Origin: Candidatus Binatia bacterium
GTDB lineage: Bacteria > Desulfobacterota > Binatia > HRBIN30
Assembly: GCA_038245295.1 (NCBI GenBank)
Contig: JBBRSP010000016.1
Coordinates: 1 to 64,000 of the forward strand
Direction: 5' to 3'
DNA: 64,000 nucleotides
Position 1 is the first letter of the stretch, and every line of letters begins with the position of its first letter. Below, piece after piece: positions 18,504 through 27,933 of this stretch. Below the pieces are notes generated by a model. That model worked only from the letters and a program-made list of their open reading frames with translations. It was not told where the DNA came from and did not search any database. The translations under genes and the position numbers were made by a program.

Positions 18504-19642
18504 TGCTGTTTTCCGACGCCCATGAGCGCTTTCGCGCCGAGACGCGTGAGATCATCGAACGTGAGCTGACGCCGCATGCCGACGAGTGGGAAGCCGCCGG
18601 CGGGTTTCCGGTCGACCTGATGCCGCGCCTCGGAGCTCTGGGATGGTTTGGCATGAGTTACCCCTGCGACGTCGGTGGGCGCGGGCTCGACTTTGGTTAC
18701 GATGTTGTCCTCGGCGAGGAGCTGCCGCGCTCGAAGATGTTCGGACTCGGGCTCAGCCTGGTGGCGCAGGCGCATTTCGTCACCCCTCTGCTGCTGCGCT
18801 ACGGCACAGCGGAACAGAAACAGCGCTTTGCCGTGCCGACGATTCAGGGGCAAGTCGTCGGCGCCCTCGCCGTCACCGAGCCGAGCGGCGGTTCCGACGT
18901 GGCCGGCGCCGCGCAATGCAGCGCCGTCGACGACGGCGACTCGTGGATCGTCAACGGCGACAAGAAGTTCATCACCAACGCGCCGATCGCCGACTTCGTC
19001 GTCACCCTCGTGCGGACGCGGCCCGAATCGACCAACACTAGCCTCTCCTTGCTCATCATCCCCACCGACACACCCGGCTTCCGACGCCGCGCCACTCTGC
19101 GCAAACTCGGCATGCATACTTCGCCGACCGGTTGGATCGAGTTCGAGGATTGCCGCGTTCCCAAAGACCTGACGCTCGGCAAACCCAACCTGGCGTTCTT
19201 CTACGTCACACAACATCTGCTGCGCGAGCGGCTCATCGCCGCCATCACCTCGGTGTCGTTCGGCGATCTGATCCTCAAGGAGACCATCACCTACGTGCAG
19301 CAACGCGCCGCCTATGGCGGCACGCTGAGCGATCTGCAGTCGCTGCGCCATCGCCTCGCCGAGCTGGCCGCCGATGTGGAAATGGGCCGCCGCTTCGCCC
19401 ACTCGGTCGCCGAACGCTTCCGCGACGGTCACATCGAGGCCAAAGAGATCTGCATGATGAAATTCCGCGTCGTCGAGATGATGCAGCGCCTGGTCGAATC
19501 CTGTCTGCAGATGCACGGCGGTTATGGCTACCTGGAAGAGAACTGGCTAACCCGCGCCTATCGCGACGTGCGGATGCTCACCGTCGGTGGCGGCGCTTCG
19601 GAGTTGATGAAAGACCTGGTGGCGGGTTATCTACGGGTCTAG
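18503..19642 (+). CDS. Acyl-CoA/acyl-ACP dehydrogenase
   Basis: ALAVTEPSGGSDV, NGDKKFITN, KLGMH, QMHGGYGYLEE, RAYRDVR..VGGGASE. TGATG overlap with the ACP. Confidence 0.93.
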   Translation: MLFSDAHERFRAETREIIERELTPHADEWEAAGGFPVDLMPRLGALGWFGMSYPCDVGGRGLDFGYDVVLGEELPRSKMFGLGLSLVAQAHFVTPLLLRYGTAEQKQRFAVPTIQGQVVGALAVTEPSGGSDVAGAAQCSAVDDGDSWIVNGDKKFITNAPIADFVVTLVRTRPESTNTSLSLLIIPTDTPGFRRRATLRKLGMHTSPTGWIEFEDCRVPKDLTLGKPNLAFFYVTQHLLRERLIAAITSVSFGDLILKETITYVQQRAAYGGTLSDLQSLRHRLAELAADVEMGRRFAHSVAERFRDGHIEAKEICMMKFRVVEMMQRLVESCLQMHGGYGYLEENWLTRAYRDVRMLTVGGGASELMKDLVAGYLRV

Positions 19643-19672
19643 CGCAGTCTTGGGGGCAGTTGGGAGGGGTGA

Positions 19673-20917
19673 GTGCGGCGCGTCGGCATCAGCGGCCTTG
19701 GGGTGATTGCCCCTACAGGAGTCGGCATCGATTCGTTCTGGAGCGCCCTCCTCGAGGGCCGCTCGGGCATTCGTGAGATCAGCCGCTTCGATGCCTCCAT
19801 CTATCCCTGCCGCATCGGCGGCGAAGTGCGCGACCTGAGCTACGAGTCGCTCTTCGATGTCCGCAAGCTGAAGACGGCCACCCACGCATCCCAACTCGCC
19901 CTTGGTGCCAGTGAGCTGGCGCTACGCGACGCCCGCCTCGGCAGCACGCAATACGACCCGTTCACCACCGGCGTCATGGTCGGCACGGCACTCGGCGGCT
20001 GGCGCGAGGGCGAACAACAATACGGCATGATCCTGGCGCGCGGCGCGCGCCGCGTGAACCCGTTCCTCGCCAACGGCGCGCCGCATCATAACCCGGGCGT
20101 CGAAATCGCCGCCGCCATCAATGCCCGCGGCGCTCACACGACCTTTTCCGCCGGCTGTGTCTCCGGCCTCCAGGCGATCGGCCACGGCGCGGCGCTGATC
20201 AGCGCCGCGCAGCTCGACGTGTGCATCGCCGGCGGCGTCGAAAGCCCATTGGTCGCGCTGGTCTTCGCCGGCATGGGCCGGACCCACGAGTTGTCGACTC
20301 GTAATGATGCACCCGCCGCCGCCTCGCGGCCGTTCGATCGCGACCACGACGGCATCGTGCTGAGTGAAGGCGCCTGCTTCGTCGTCCTCGAACCGCTCGA
20401 ACGCATCGCGGCGCGCGGCATCACACCCTATGCCGAAGTGCTGGGCTACGGTTCGTCCTGCGACGCCCAGGGTGTCTACTCGTTCGACGAAAGCGGCGAG
20501 ACGGCGGCACGCACGCTGCTCGGACTTCTGACACGTACAAGCACACGGCCCGAGGACATCGACTACGTCTGCGCCCACGCCAACTCGGCAGCGACGTTCG
20601 ATCGCAAGGAGACGATTGTCCTCAAGCGCGCCTTCGGGGAGCTGGCCGGTCGTATCCCGGTGAGCTCGATCAAAGGCGTGCTCGGCCACTCACTCGGCGC
20701 CTCGGGGGCCTTCCAAACGACGGCCGCCTGCCTGGCCATGCGCCACGCGATGATTCCACCGACCCATAACCTCGACGCGCCGGCACCGGAGTGTGATCTC
20801 GATTATGTGCCCAACACGCCACGGGCCGCGGCTCTCAAGACCGTTGTAGTCACCAACTACGGCTACGGCGGCATCAATGCCTATCTGCTGCTGGCTGCAA
20901 AGCGCGATCCGGACTGA
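19673..20917 (+). CDS. FabF-like beta-ketoacyl-ACP synthase (divergent)
   Basis: RRVGISGLG, SAGCVSG (Cys), AHANS (His), KGVLGHSLGASG (His), SRPFD, NYGYGG. Confidence 0.9.
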   Translation: MRRVGISGLGVIAPTGVGIDSFWSALLEGRSGIREISRFDASIYPCRIGGEVRDLSYESLFDVRKLKTATHASQLALGASELALRDARLGSTQYDPFTTGVMVGTALGGWREGEQQYGMILARGARRVNPFLANGAPHHNPGVEIAAAINARGAHTTFSAGCVSGLQAIGHGAALISAAQLDVCIAGGVESPLVALVFAGMGRTHELSTRNDAPAAASRPFDRDHDGIVLSEGACFVVLEPLERIAARGITPYAEVLGYGSSCDAQGVYSFDESGETAARTLLGLLTRTSTRPEDIDYVCAHANSAATFDRKETIVLKRAFGELAGRIPVSSIKGVLGHSLGASGAFQTTAACLAMRHAMIPPTHNLDAPAPECDLDYVPNTPRAAALKTVVVTNYGYGGINAYLLLAAKRDPD

Positions 20918-20967
20918 TCCGGTTCCGCAGGTGGGCGCCGCGGAGCGGCGCGCTCCGGATTAAATCC

Positions 20968-21600
20968 CTAGCCGGGGCGCTTGACCTCGAGCTTGGGGCG
21001 CTTCGGCAGGTGGCGCAGGCCCATCCAGGCCAGCGCGGCGATGTGACTCGCCACTTCCTCGATTGGCGGCTTGCGTGTTTCAGTCCACCACTGGCCGACG
21101 AAGGTCACCATGCCAACCAAGGCATGGGCATAGATCGGCGCCGACTTGGAATCGAAGCCGGCTTTCTTGAAGTTCATGGCGAAGACGTCCGAGACCCGCT
21201 CCGCCACATCATTGAGCAAACTCGACATGCCGCCGCGCGCCAGGTTGAGCGGCGCATCGCGTGAGAGAACGACGAATCCATCCGGCTGGTCGCGCACGTA
21301 GGTGAGGAAGGCGAGCGCCGCGTTCTCCACCCGCGCGCGCGGCGTGCCGCTCGAAATGGCTTCGGAGATGCGCTGAACGACGTATTCCATCTCGCGATCG
21401 ACGAGCACGGCGTAGAGGCCTTCCTTGCCGCCGAAATGTTCATAGATGATCGGCTTCGACACCTTGGCGCGCGCCGCGATCTCTTCGACCGACGTCGCCT
21501 CGAAGCCGTGTTTGGCAAAGACGGCGCGGGCGATCTCAATCAGCTGCGAGCGCCGCGCCGGAGCACTCAAACGCGGCAGCGATCTTTTTTTCGAAATCAT
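20968..21600 (-). CDS. TetR-family transcriptional regulator
   Basis: FAKHGFEATSVEEIAARAKVSKPIIYEHFGGKEGLY HTH. Confidence 0.93.
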   Translation of the reverse strand: MISKKRSLPRLSAPARRSQLIEIARAVFAKHGFEATSVEEIAARAKVSKPIIYEHFGGKEGLYAVLVDREMEYVVQRISEAISSGTPRARVENAALAFLTYVRDQPDGFVVLSRDAPLNLARGGMSSLLNDVAERVSDVFAMNFKKAGFDSKSAPIYAHALVGMVTFVGQWWTETRKPPIEEVASHIAALAWMGLRHLPKRPKLEVKRPG

Positions 21601-21621
21601 GTTGACGCACCTACCGCTCTT

Positions 21622-21670
21622 CCGTATGTTACGCAACCGTAAGTTACGGACACGTAACCGTAGGTTACGG
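21622..21670. promoter_or_regulatory. Three 13-bp palindromic boxes, consensus CCGTANGTTACG(G/C); putative TetR operators
   Basis: ccgtatgttacgc at 21622, ccgtaagttacgg at 21637 and ccgtaggttacgg at 21658, in the divergent tetR/desaturase spacer. Confidence 0.7.
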
Positions 21671-21697
21671 TACCGACGGTAGACACAAGGAGAAGCC

Positions 21698-22765
21698 ATG
21701 GAAACGAGCCCCAGCCTCAACGAAGCCCAGTCGGTCCAGTACTATGCACGCGCCGTGCGACAACACCTGCCCGCCACAACCTTTCAGCGGACGCCGTCGC
21801 GCCTGCTGTGGCTACCGGTGCATCTGGCAATCATCGGCGGCCTCGGCGCCTACATCGTTGTCGCCGCACCACCCTGGTACGTGGCGCTGCTGGGCGCCGT
21901 GATCGCCGGCCACAGTTGGGGCTGCCTTGGTTTCCTGGCGCACGAGGCCCTGCACCATGCGCTGGTGAAGAGTCCGGTGATCGAGAAGATCGTCGGCTAC
22001 TTCGGCTTCGGTCCGTACTTCCTGTCGCCGACGTTATGGACCGCCTGGCACAATCAGGCGCACCACGGCAACACCGGCAAACCGGTGGCCGACCCGGACG
22101 GCTTCGGAACCCTACGGTTCTGGGAAAAGAGCGGCGTCGTGCGCAGCCTCGAGAAGCTCTCGCCAGGATCGGGCTACAAGCGCAGCGGTGCCTTCCTGTT
22201 CGTCTGGTTCTCACTGCACTCGTTTCTGGTTCTCGTCTTCCACAGTCAACGCAACAATTACTACACGCGCGTATCGCGCCGTGTCGTCTACGCCGAGTCG
22301 GCGGCCATGATCGTCTTCTGGGCCCTGGTCTTCGCCCTGGTCGGACCGTGGAACTTCCTGTTCGTCTATGTCGTGCCGGTGCTCATCGCCAACGCCGTGG
22401 TGATGTCGTACATCGCGACGAACCACTTCCTGAACCCGCTCACCGAGATCAACGATCCGCTCGCCAACACGCTTTCGGTCACGGCGCCGCGCTGGCTCGA
22501 GTTTCTGCACCTGCAGTTCGGCTATCACGTCGAACATCATCTGTTTCCGATGATGAGCGGGCGCCATGCTCCGGCGGTACGTGAAGTCATCGTCCGACTC
22601 TACGGCGAGCGTTACCTCAACATGCCGTTGTCGCGCGCTCTGTATCTCCTTTACACACGCCCGAAGGTACACGGTCAGTACGAGACCCTCGTCGACCCGC
22701 GCACCAAGGAAGTGTTCCAGACATTGTTACCTGGCGATTTGTCGATGGCTCCGCTGCACGGCTAA
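21698..22765 (+). CDS. Membrane fatty acid desaturase
   Basis: Three His boxes HEALH, WHNQAHH and HVEHH; TM segments; AAGGAG RBS. Confidence 0.92.
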   Translation: METSPSLNEAQSVQYYARAVRQHLPATTFQRTPSRLLWLPVHLAIIGGLGAYIVVAAPPWYVALLGAVIAGHSWGCLGFLAHEALHHALVKSPVIEKIVGYFGFGPYFLSPTLWTAWHNQAHHGNTGKPVADPDGFGTLRFWEKSGVVRSLEKLSPGSGYKRSGAFLFVWFSLHSFLVLVFHSQRNNYYTRVSRRVVYAESAAMIVFWALVFALVGPWNFLFVYVVPVLIANAVVMSYIATNHFLNPLTEINDPLANTLSVTAPRWLEFLHLQFGYHVEHHLFPMMSGRHAPAVREVIVRLYGERYLNMPLSRALYLLYTRPKVHGQYETLVDPRTKEVFQTLLPGDLSMAPLHG

Positions 22766-22807
22766 AGCAGCTGGACAGATGCTCGCCGCAAGAGGAAGAG
22801 ATTAGCG

Positions 22808-24055
22808 ATGACCAAGCCAACACCACTCGAAGGAGCCGTCGACCTCGCGGCGGCGGCGCTGCGTGGCGGCCTGGCAACGGTCCATCACATGCACCGCGCC
22901 ATCGCCGACAAACCGTTCGCGGCGCTACGCGTCGCGCCGGGCGTCGGCGATGTCTCCGAAGGTGTGCGCCAGGCGCACGATGGCATCACCGAGTTGGTCT
23001 ACGCCGGGCTCCGCACCGCCGTTGCCATCGTTGGGGGCATTGCCCGCGTCGCGGCACGCCAAGTCGAAGTCTCCGAGAAAGAACCCGCTGCGGGTTCCAA
23101 CACGGCGCTGGCGGTGGCTGCACTCAACGGTTTCTCCGGCGAGCGCCTGGTACGAGAGGGTAATCCGCTCGCTGCCTGCATGACGCTGCGTCATCAAGGC
23201 CAAATCGTGCCCATCGAAACCAGCGCGCTGGGAGCGACGTTTCCGCGCGCGACCTCACGCGTCGCGGTCTTCGTTCACGGTCTAGCCTGCAACGAGAGCC
23301 TGTGGCAGCGACACGCCGAGCGCCACTATGGCGATGCCGACACGACCTACGGCGCCCGGCTACAGAACGATCTCGGCTTCACGCCGCTGTACGTGCGTTA
23401 CAACACCGGGCTGCACATTTCCGCCAATGGCCGCAGCTTGGCGGAGTTGCTCGAGGCGCTGACGGCGGCGTGGCCGGTGCCGCTCACCGAGCTCATCTTG
23501 ATCGGCCACAGCATGGGCGGACTGGTGATTCGCAGCGCCCTGCACGCCGACCACAGCCCCAACCATGAATGGGTGCGGCGCTTGCGTCACGCCTTCTACC
23601 TCGGCGCGCCGCACGCCGGGGCGCCGCTCGAGAAGGCGGTGAATATCGCCGCCTGGTTGCTCGACCGCATCGACATCACGCGGCCGCTGGCCCAGGTCAT
23701 CAACGATCGCAGTGTAGGGATCAAAGACCTGCGCTTCGGCGCCGTACACAGCGACGATTGGCGCGATGTCGACCTTGATGGATTCCTGACCAACCGCACC
23801 AACACACCGCCGCTACGCGACGGCATCAAGCATCATTTCGTCAGCGCCTCGATCACCGAAGATGCGGATCACCCGTGGGGCCTGGCGATCGGCGACTACC
23901 TGGTACGCCGAACCAGCGCCACCGGCGGGCGACATCTCGCCGCGCTGCCGGCGACCACGCACCGAACCGAGCGCCACTTCGGCGCCATGGGACACCTGGA
24001 CCTGCTGAACCATCCGGCGGTGTACGACCAGATCCGTCGCTGCCTGGACGCGTAA
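22808..24055 (+). CDS. Alpha/beta hydrolase (PGAP1-like lipase/esterase)
   Basis: FVHGL, GHSMGG nucleophile elbow, LGAPHAGAPLE, GD.LV, GHLDLLNHP. Confidence 0.88.
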   Translation: MTKPTPLEGAVDLAAAALRGGLATVHHMHRAIADKPFAALRVAPGVGDVSEGVRQAHDGITELVYAGLRTAVAIVGGIARVAARQVEVSEKEPAAGSNTALAVAALNGFSGERLVREGNPLAACMTLRHQGQIVPIETSALGATFPRATSRVAVFVHGLACNESLWQRHAERHYGDADTTYGARLQNDLGFTPLYVRYNTGLHISANGRSLAELLEALTAAWPVPLTELILIGHSMGGLVIRSALHADHSPNHEWVRRLRHAFYLGAPHAGAPLEKAVNIAAWLLDRIDITRPLAQVINDRSVGIKDLRFGAVHSDDWRDVDLDGFLTNRTNTPPLRDGIKHHFVSASITEDADHPWGLAIGDYLVRRTSATGGRHLAALPATTHRTERHFGAMGHLDLLNHPAVYDQIRRCLDA

Positions 24056-24100
24056 CAGTCCGTTGAAAAAACCTGATGGGCGATGCCGGGCTGTCGCGGG

Positions 24101-24127
24101 GTAGGCGCAAGCTTTAGCTTGCGGCGG
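24101..24127 (+). repeat. GTAG-family REP-like palindrome, copy 1
   Basis: GTAGGCGCAAGCTTTAGCTTGCGGCGG; 24/27 identical to the reverse complement of 29128-29154. Confidence 0.7.
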
Positions 24128-24195
24128 AATGCCCATGCTGAACCGACGTCCGCGCGTCGCTCGCGTGCATGCGGCGTGTATGGAATAGTCGCGCG

Positions 24196-25761
24196 ATGCG
24201 TTTTCCAGCGGCGTCGCGGCCGCTTCTGACCTTGTTTTTGATCCTCGTGTGCACAGCGGTGTTACGTCTGGGTTTCTTGCACGTGCCGCTTGAGCGCGAC
24301 GAGGGCGAGTACGCCTACATGGGGCAGCTCATCCTGCGCGGCGAGATGCCCTACGTCGCGGCGTACAACATGAAGCTGCCGGGTACCTACTACTCCTATG
24401 CGGCGATTCTCGCGGTATTCGGCGACAGCGTCGAAGGGATCCATGTCGGGCTGCTGCTGATCAGTCTGTTCTCGACATGGCTCGTCTACCGCATCGGGCA
24501 GCGCTGGATCGATACGACCGCCGGACTCGCCGCGGCGGCGGCGTTCGCCTTGCTGTCGATCGCCGAACCAATGCTCGGCTTCACCGCCAACGCCGAACAC
24601 TTCGTCGTCCTCTGCATGCTTGGCGGTGTGGCGACGCTAGCCCACGCCGACGCGATGCGGCGACCATGCCGTCTGGCCGGCGGCGGTTTCCTGCTGGGCC
24701 TGGCGTTTGTGATGAAACAACAAGGCGCCGCTTTCATTGCCTTCGGCGGCTTGGTCGTCCTCCTGAATTCGCCGCGTCTGCCCAAGCTGCTCATCCGCAA
24801 CATGATGGTATTCGCCGGTGCCGCCGTGCTGCCTTTCGCGTTGACGTGCGTTGGTATGTACCTGGCAGGAGCATTCGAGAAGTTCTGGTTCTGGACCTTC
24901 ACCTATGCCGGCCAATACGTGTCGATCATCCCTCTCGCGATCGGGCTGCAGGAGCTGCGCCGTCAGGCGCTGAGCATCTTCGACGGCACCTTCCCGCTGT
25001 GCCTCCTGGCGTTGCTCGGCCTCGTCACGCCGCTGTGGGATTCGCCGACGCGGCGGCACGGCCTCTTGCTGGCACTGTTTGCGGTGTTGTCCTTCGTCGC
25101 CGTCTGCCCCGGGTTACGTTTCAGCGCGCACTATTTCCTGTTGCTCGTTCCGGCAACCAGTCTGCTGATCGGCCAAGCGGCGAGCGGCCTCGAACGCACG
25201 GTGTCGTCTCACAGCGCCGTGGCGGCCATTGTCGGAGCACTGGCGATCACCGCGGTGGCGCAACGCGACTCGCTGTTTCTCCTATCTCCCGACGAGCTTG
25301 TGCGCACCAGCTTCGGCTCGAACCCCTTCAATGAAGCGGTGCCCATCGCCGACTACCTGCGCGAACACACCGATCCGAACGAACGAATCGCCGTGATCGG
25401 TTCGGAGCCACAGATCTATTTCTATGCGCAGCGACGCGCCGCGACGAGCTACATCTACATGTACCCGATGATGGAGCCGCAGCCATTCGCCAAGACGATG
25501 CAGCAGGAGATGATCGCGCAGATCGAGCACGAACGGCCGCGCTACCTGGTATTGGTCAATGTCGACACCACCTGGTCGCGGCGCCCCGACTCATCGACAC
25601 TGATCTTCGACTGGGCCGCGGATACGGCGAATCGCGACTACGAAGCAGTCGGCCGCGCCGAAATGCAACGAGGCCGAGTTACCACATATGTCTGGGGCTC
25701 GGGGGCACAGACCGCGCCGCAAACGCCGTATCACGTGACGGTTTTCAAGCGCCGCTCGTAA
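24196..25761 (+). CDS. GT-C (ArnT/PMT-like) membrane glycosyltransferase
   Basis: PLERDEGEYAY first-loop acidic motif, multiple TMs and a soluble C-terminal domain. Confidence 0.85.
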   Translation: MRFPAASRPLLTLFLILVCTAVLRLGFLHVPLERDEGEYAYMGQLILRGEMPYVAAYNMKLPGTYYSYAAILAVFGDSVEGIHVGLLLISLFSTWLVYRIGQRWIDTTAGLAAAAAFALLSIAEPMLGFTANAEHFVVLCMLGGVATLAHADAMRRPCRLAGGGFLLGLAFVMKQQGAAFIAFGGLVVLLNSPRLPKLLIRNMMVFAGAAVLPFALTCVGMYLAGAFEKFWFWTFTYAGQYVSIIPLAIGLQELRRQALSIFDGTFPLCLLALLGLVTPLWDSPTRRHGLLLALFAVLSFVAVCPGLRFSAHYFLLLVPATSLLIGQAASGLERTVSSHSAVAAIVGALAITAVAQRDSLFLLSPDELVRTSFGSNPFNEAVPIADYLREHTDPNERIAVIGSEPQIYFYAQRRAATSYIYMYPMMEPQPFAKTMQQEMIAQIEHERPRYLVLVNVDTTWSRRPDSSTLIFDWAADTANRDYEAVGRAEMQRGRVTTYVWGSGAQTAPQTPYHVTVFKRRS

Positions 25762-25768
25762 GGCCAAC

Positions 25769-27754
25769 TCAATCGAGCTGCGCCAGGAGTGCCGTCGCAT
25801 CGGCCGCCAACGGCGCGTCCTGCGCCTGTTTGGCAAGATCACGCGCCAACTGAAGTTGGGTCACGGCGCCAGACTTGTTTCCCTGCCCGACCAAGGCTTC
25901 GCCGAGCAGATAGTGCGCGTTGCGGTCCTTGGGTTCGAGACGCACGGCCTCTTCCAACTGTCGTGCCGCATCGGCGTAGCGGCGCTCGCCAAGGAGAACC
26001 AAGCCGAGCTTGCCGCGCAGGTCGCCGGAGGTCGGCAGCAAACGAACGGCCTCTTGCAAGTGCTCGATCGCTTCCACCGACTGGCCGTGCGAATTGAGCA
26101 GGACGGCGAGATTGGCGTGCGCCATGGCGAGGTCAGGCTGCAGCCGCAACGCCTCGCGAAAGCAGCGTTCGGCGTCGTGGCCGTTGCCACGCATGGCGTG
26201 CACGTTGCCAAGGTTCGTCCAGGCGAGCGCCAAGGTCGGGTCGAACTGCAACGCCTTGACGAAGTGGTCCGCCGCTCGATCAATTTCGCCACGCTCGGCG
26301 AAGCTGTTGCCGAGGTTATAGTGCATGGGCGCCCGCTGCGAGCCGGCAGCGATGAGTGGGATGCGGCTGACGACAACGGCCGCGACCACAACCGGCAACA
26401 CCGAGACAAGGGATCGCCACTCGCGCCGCCCCGCCAACGTCACCGCCTCACACACGCCAACCGCGGCGAACAAGCTCAACAGCGGCACCAGCGGATATCG
26501 ATAACGTTCGACAATCATGAACAGGCAGACCGACGCCGAGAAAGCGAGAACGATCGCATAGAAGAGCGTCAGGCGCCGAGCCTCGCCACGGCTCCACCAC
26601 ACGCCCGCCGCGGCGAGAGTCATCAGAACACCAAAGTGGAGCGGGACGCTGAGCAAGCTCAGCACCCACGACTCCTCGGCAAACGTATCTTGGTCTTCGG
26701 TATCCGTCACCGCGCTGTCGTTCCAGAGCAAGAGAAACTTCTTGCCCATCAAGCGCAACCACACGTCCGGACGCTGGCGAATCCAGTCGACGGTTTGTCG
26801 CGTCCAGTACTCCGACACCTCTGAAGGACTCAGCGGTCGTTGCATCGCGGCCTCCGCCAGCTCGAACGCATCACTGCGCTCCACACTCGCGCGGCTGCGC
26901 CCGGCGCGCACCTCCGACGAACGACCGGTGGCGCGAGGTCCATTGCCAAGATAAAGATTCGTGCCGAACTGCGACGTCGTTAGGTGAAACTCGCCACCAA
27001 CCACCGCATTTCGAATCCCGACGGGCAAGAGCACCAGACCGAGGCCGAGGAGCAGCGATACCACCCACCCCGCACGCTGGCTCAAACACGCGTCGCGAAA
27101 AAACCACGGGATCCAGAGAGCCAGGATGGGGATGAGGATCATGGCGTTCTCGCGGGTCAGAGCCAGCAACGCCAACCCCGCGCCGGTGGCGAGCCACAGG
27201 AAGTTTCCTGGTTGGCGGAGCCCGAGAGTCAGCATCAGCAACAACAACGACGTGAAAAAGAAATCGAGCGCCGACTTCTGCATCAGTCCATCGAAGAAGA
27301 GACAGGTCGGATAGAGCGCCACCAACGCACCAGCGACGATTCCAACGCGTAACGAGAAGAGCCGCCGGCCGGCCTCGAACACCAGCCAACAGGCGAGCGA
27401 GCCGAGGATGCTCTGGACGACACGCACCGCAAACGTCGAGCCGCCCAACGCATAGATGACACCTAGAAAGTAAGGATAGAGCGGCGCCTGGTAGAAGACC
27501 TCGTGTCCGAGCCAATCCCCAGCCGCGATGCGATGGGCCCAGGCATCGTAGACCTCGGCGTCACCGAGCAGAAACAAGAACGCATCCGAACGACGCATCT
27601 CGAAGAGATAGACCAGGCGCAGGACGAGTGCGGCGACGAAGATGGCAGCTCCCCAGGCAGCGGCGCGCTCGAGTTGCGGTACCGGCGTCTGAGCAAGCGG
27701 CGCGACCGTCGACCCTGGAACATCCTGACCCGCGCCGCTTCGCTTCTTTGCCAT
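25769..27754 (-). CDS. GT-C membrane glycosyltransferase with C-terminal TPR repeats
   Basis: GDAEVYD..A, QAPLYPYFLG, many TMs, then TPR repeats (HYNLGN, AWTNLGN, AHANLA, AHYLLGE). Confidence 0.85.
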   Translation of the reverse strand: MAKKRSGAGQDVPGSTVAPLAQTPVPQLERAAAWGAAIFVAALVLRLVYLFEMRRSDAFLFLLGDAEVYDAWAHRIAAGDWLGHEVFYQAPLYPYFLGVIYALGGSTFAVRVVQSILGSLACWLVFEAGRRLFSLRVGIVAGALVALYPTCLFFDGLMQKSALDFFFTSLLLLMLTLGLRQPGNFLWLATGAGLALLALTRENAMILIPILALWIPWFFRDACLSQRAGWVVSLLLGLGLVLLPVGIRNAVVGGEFHLTTSQFGTNLYLGNGPRATGRSSEVRAGRSRASVERSDAFELAEAAMQRPLSPSEVSEYWTRQTVDWIRQRPDVWLRLMGKKFLLLWNDSAVTDTEDQDTFAEESWVLSLLSVPLHFGVLMTLAAAGVWWSRGEARRLTLFYAIVLAFSASVCLFMIVERYRYPLVPLLSLFAAVGVCEAVTLAGRREWRSLVSVLPVVVAAVVVSRIPLIAAGSQRAPMHYNLGNSFAERGEIDRAADHFVKALQFDPTLALAWTNLGNVHAMRGNGHDAERCFREALRLQPDLAMAHANLAVLLNSHGQSVEAIEHLQEAVRLLPTSGDLRGKLGLVLLGERRYADAARQLEEAVRLEPKDRNAHYLLGEALVGQGNKSGAVTQLQLARDLAKQAQDAPLAADATALLAQLD

Positions 27755-27933
27755 GGGAAGGTGCGTTCTGTCGCAGCCACGGAGCCCGTGTCAACCGCGC
27801 CCGCCCAGCAATGGCCTGGGATTTCGAAATGGGCCGGGGTCGCCCGCACCCTGCACCCAAAACCCCGTACCCACGAAGTGACAGTCCAACCCCGTTGACG
27901 CCCCTCGTCACACAGCTTAGTGGCCTCTCAAGT

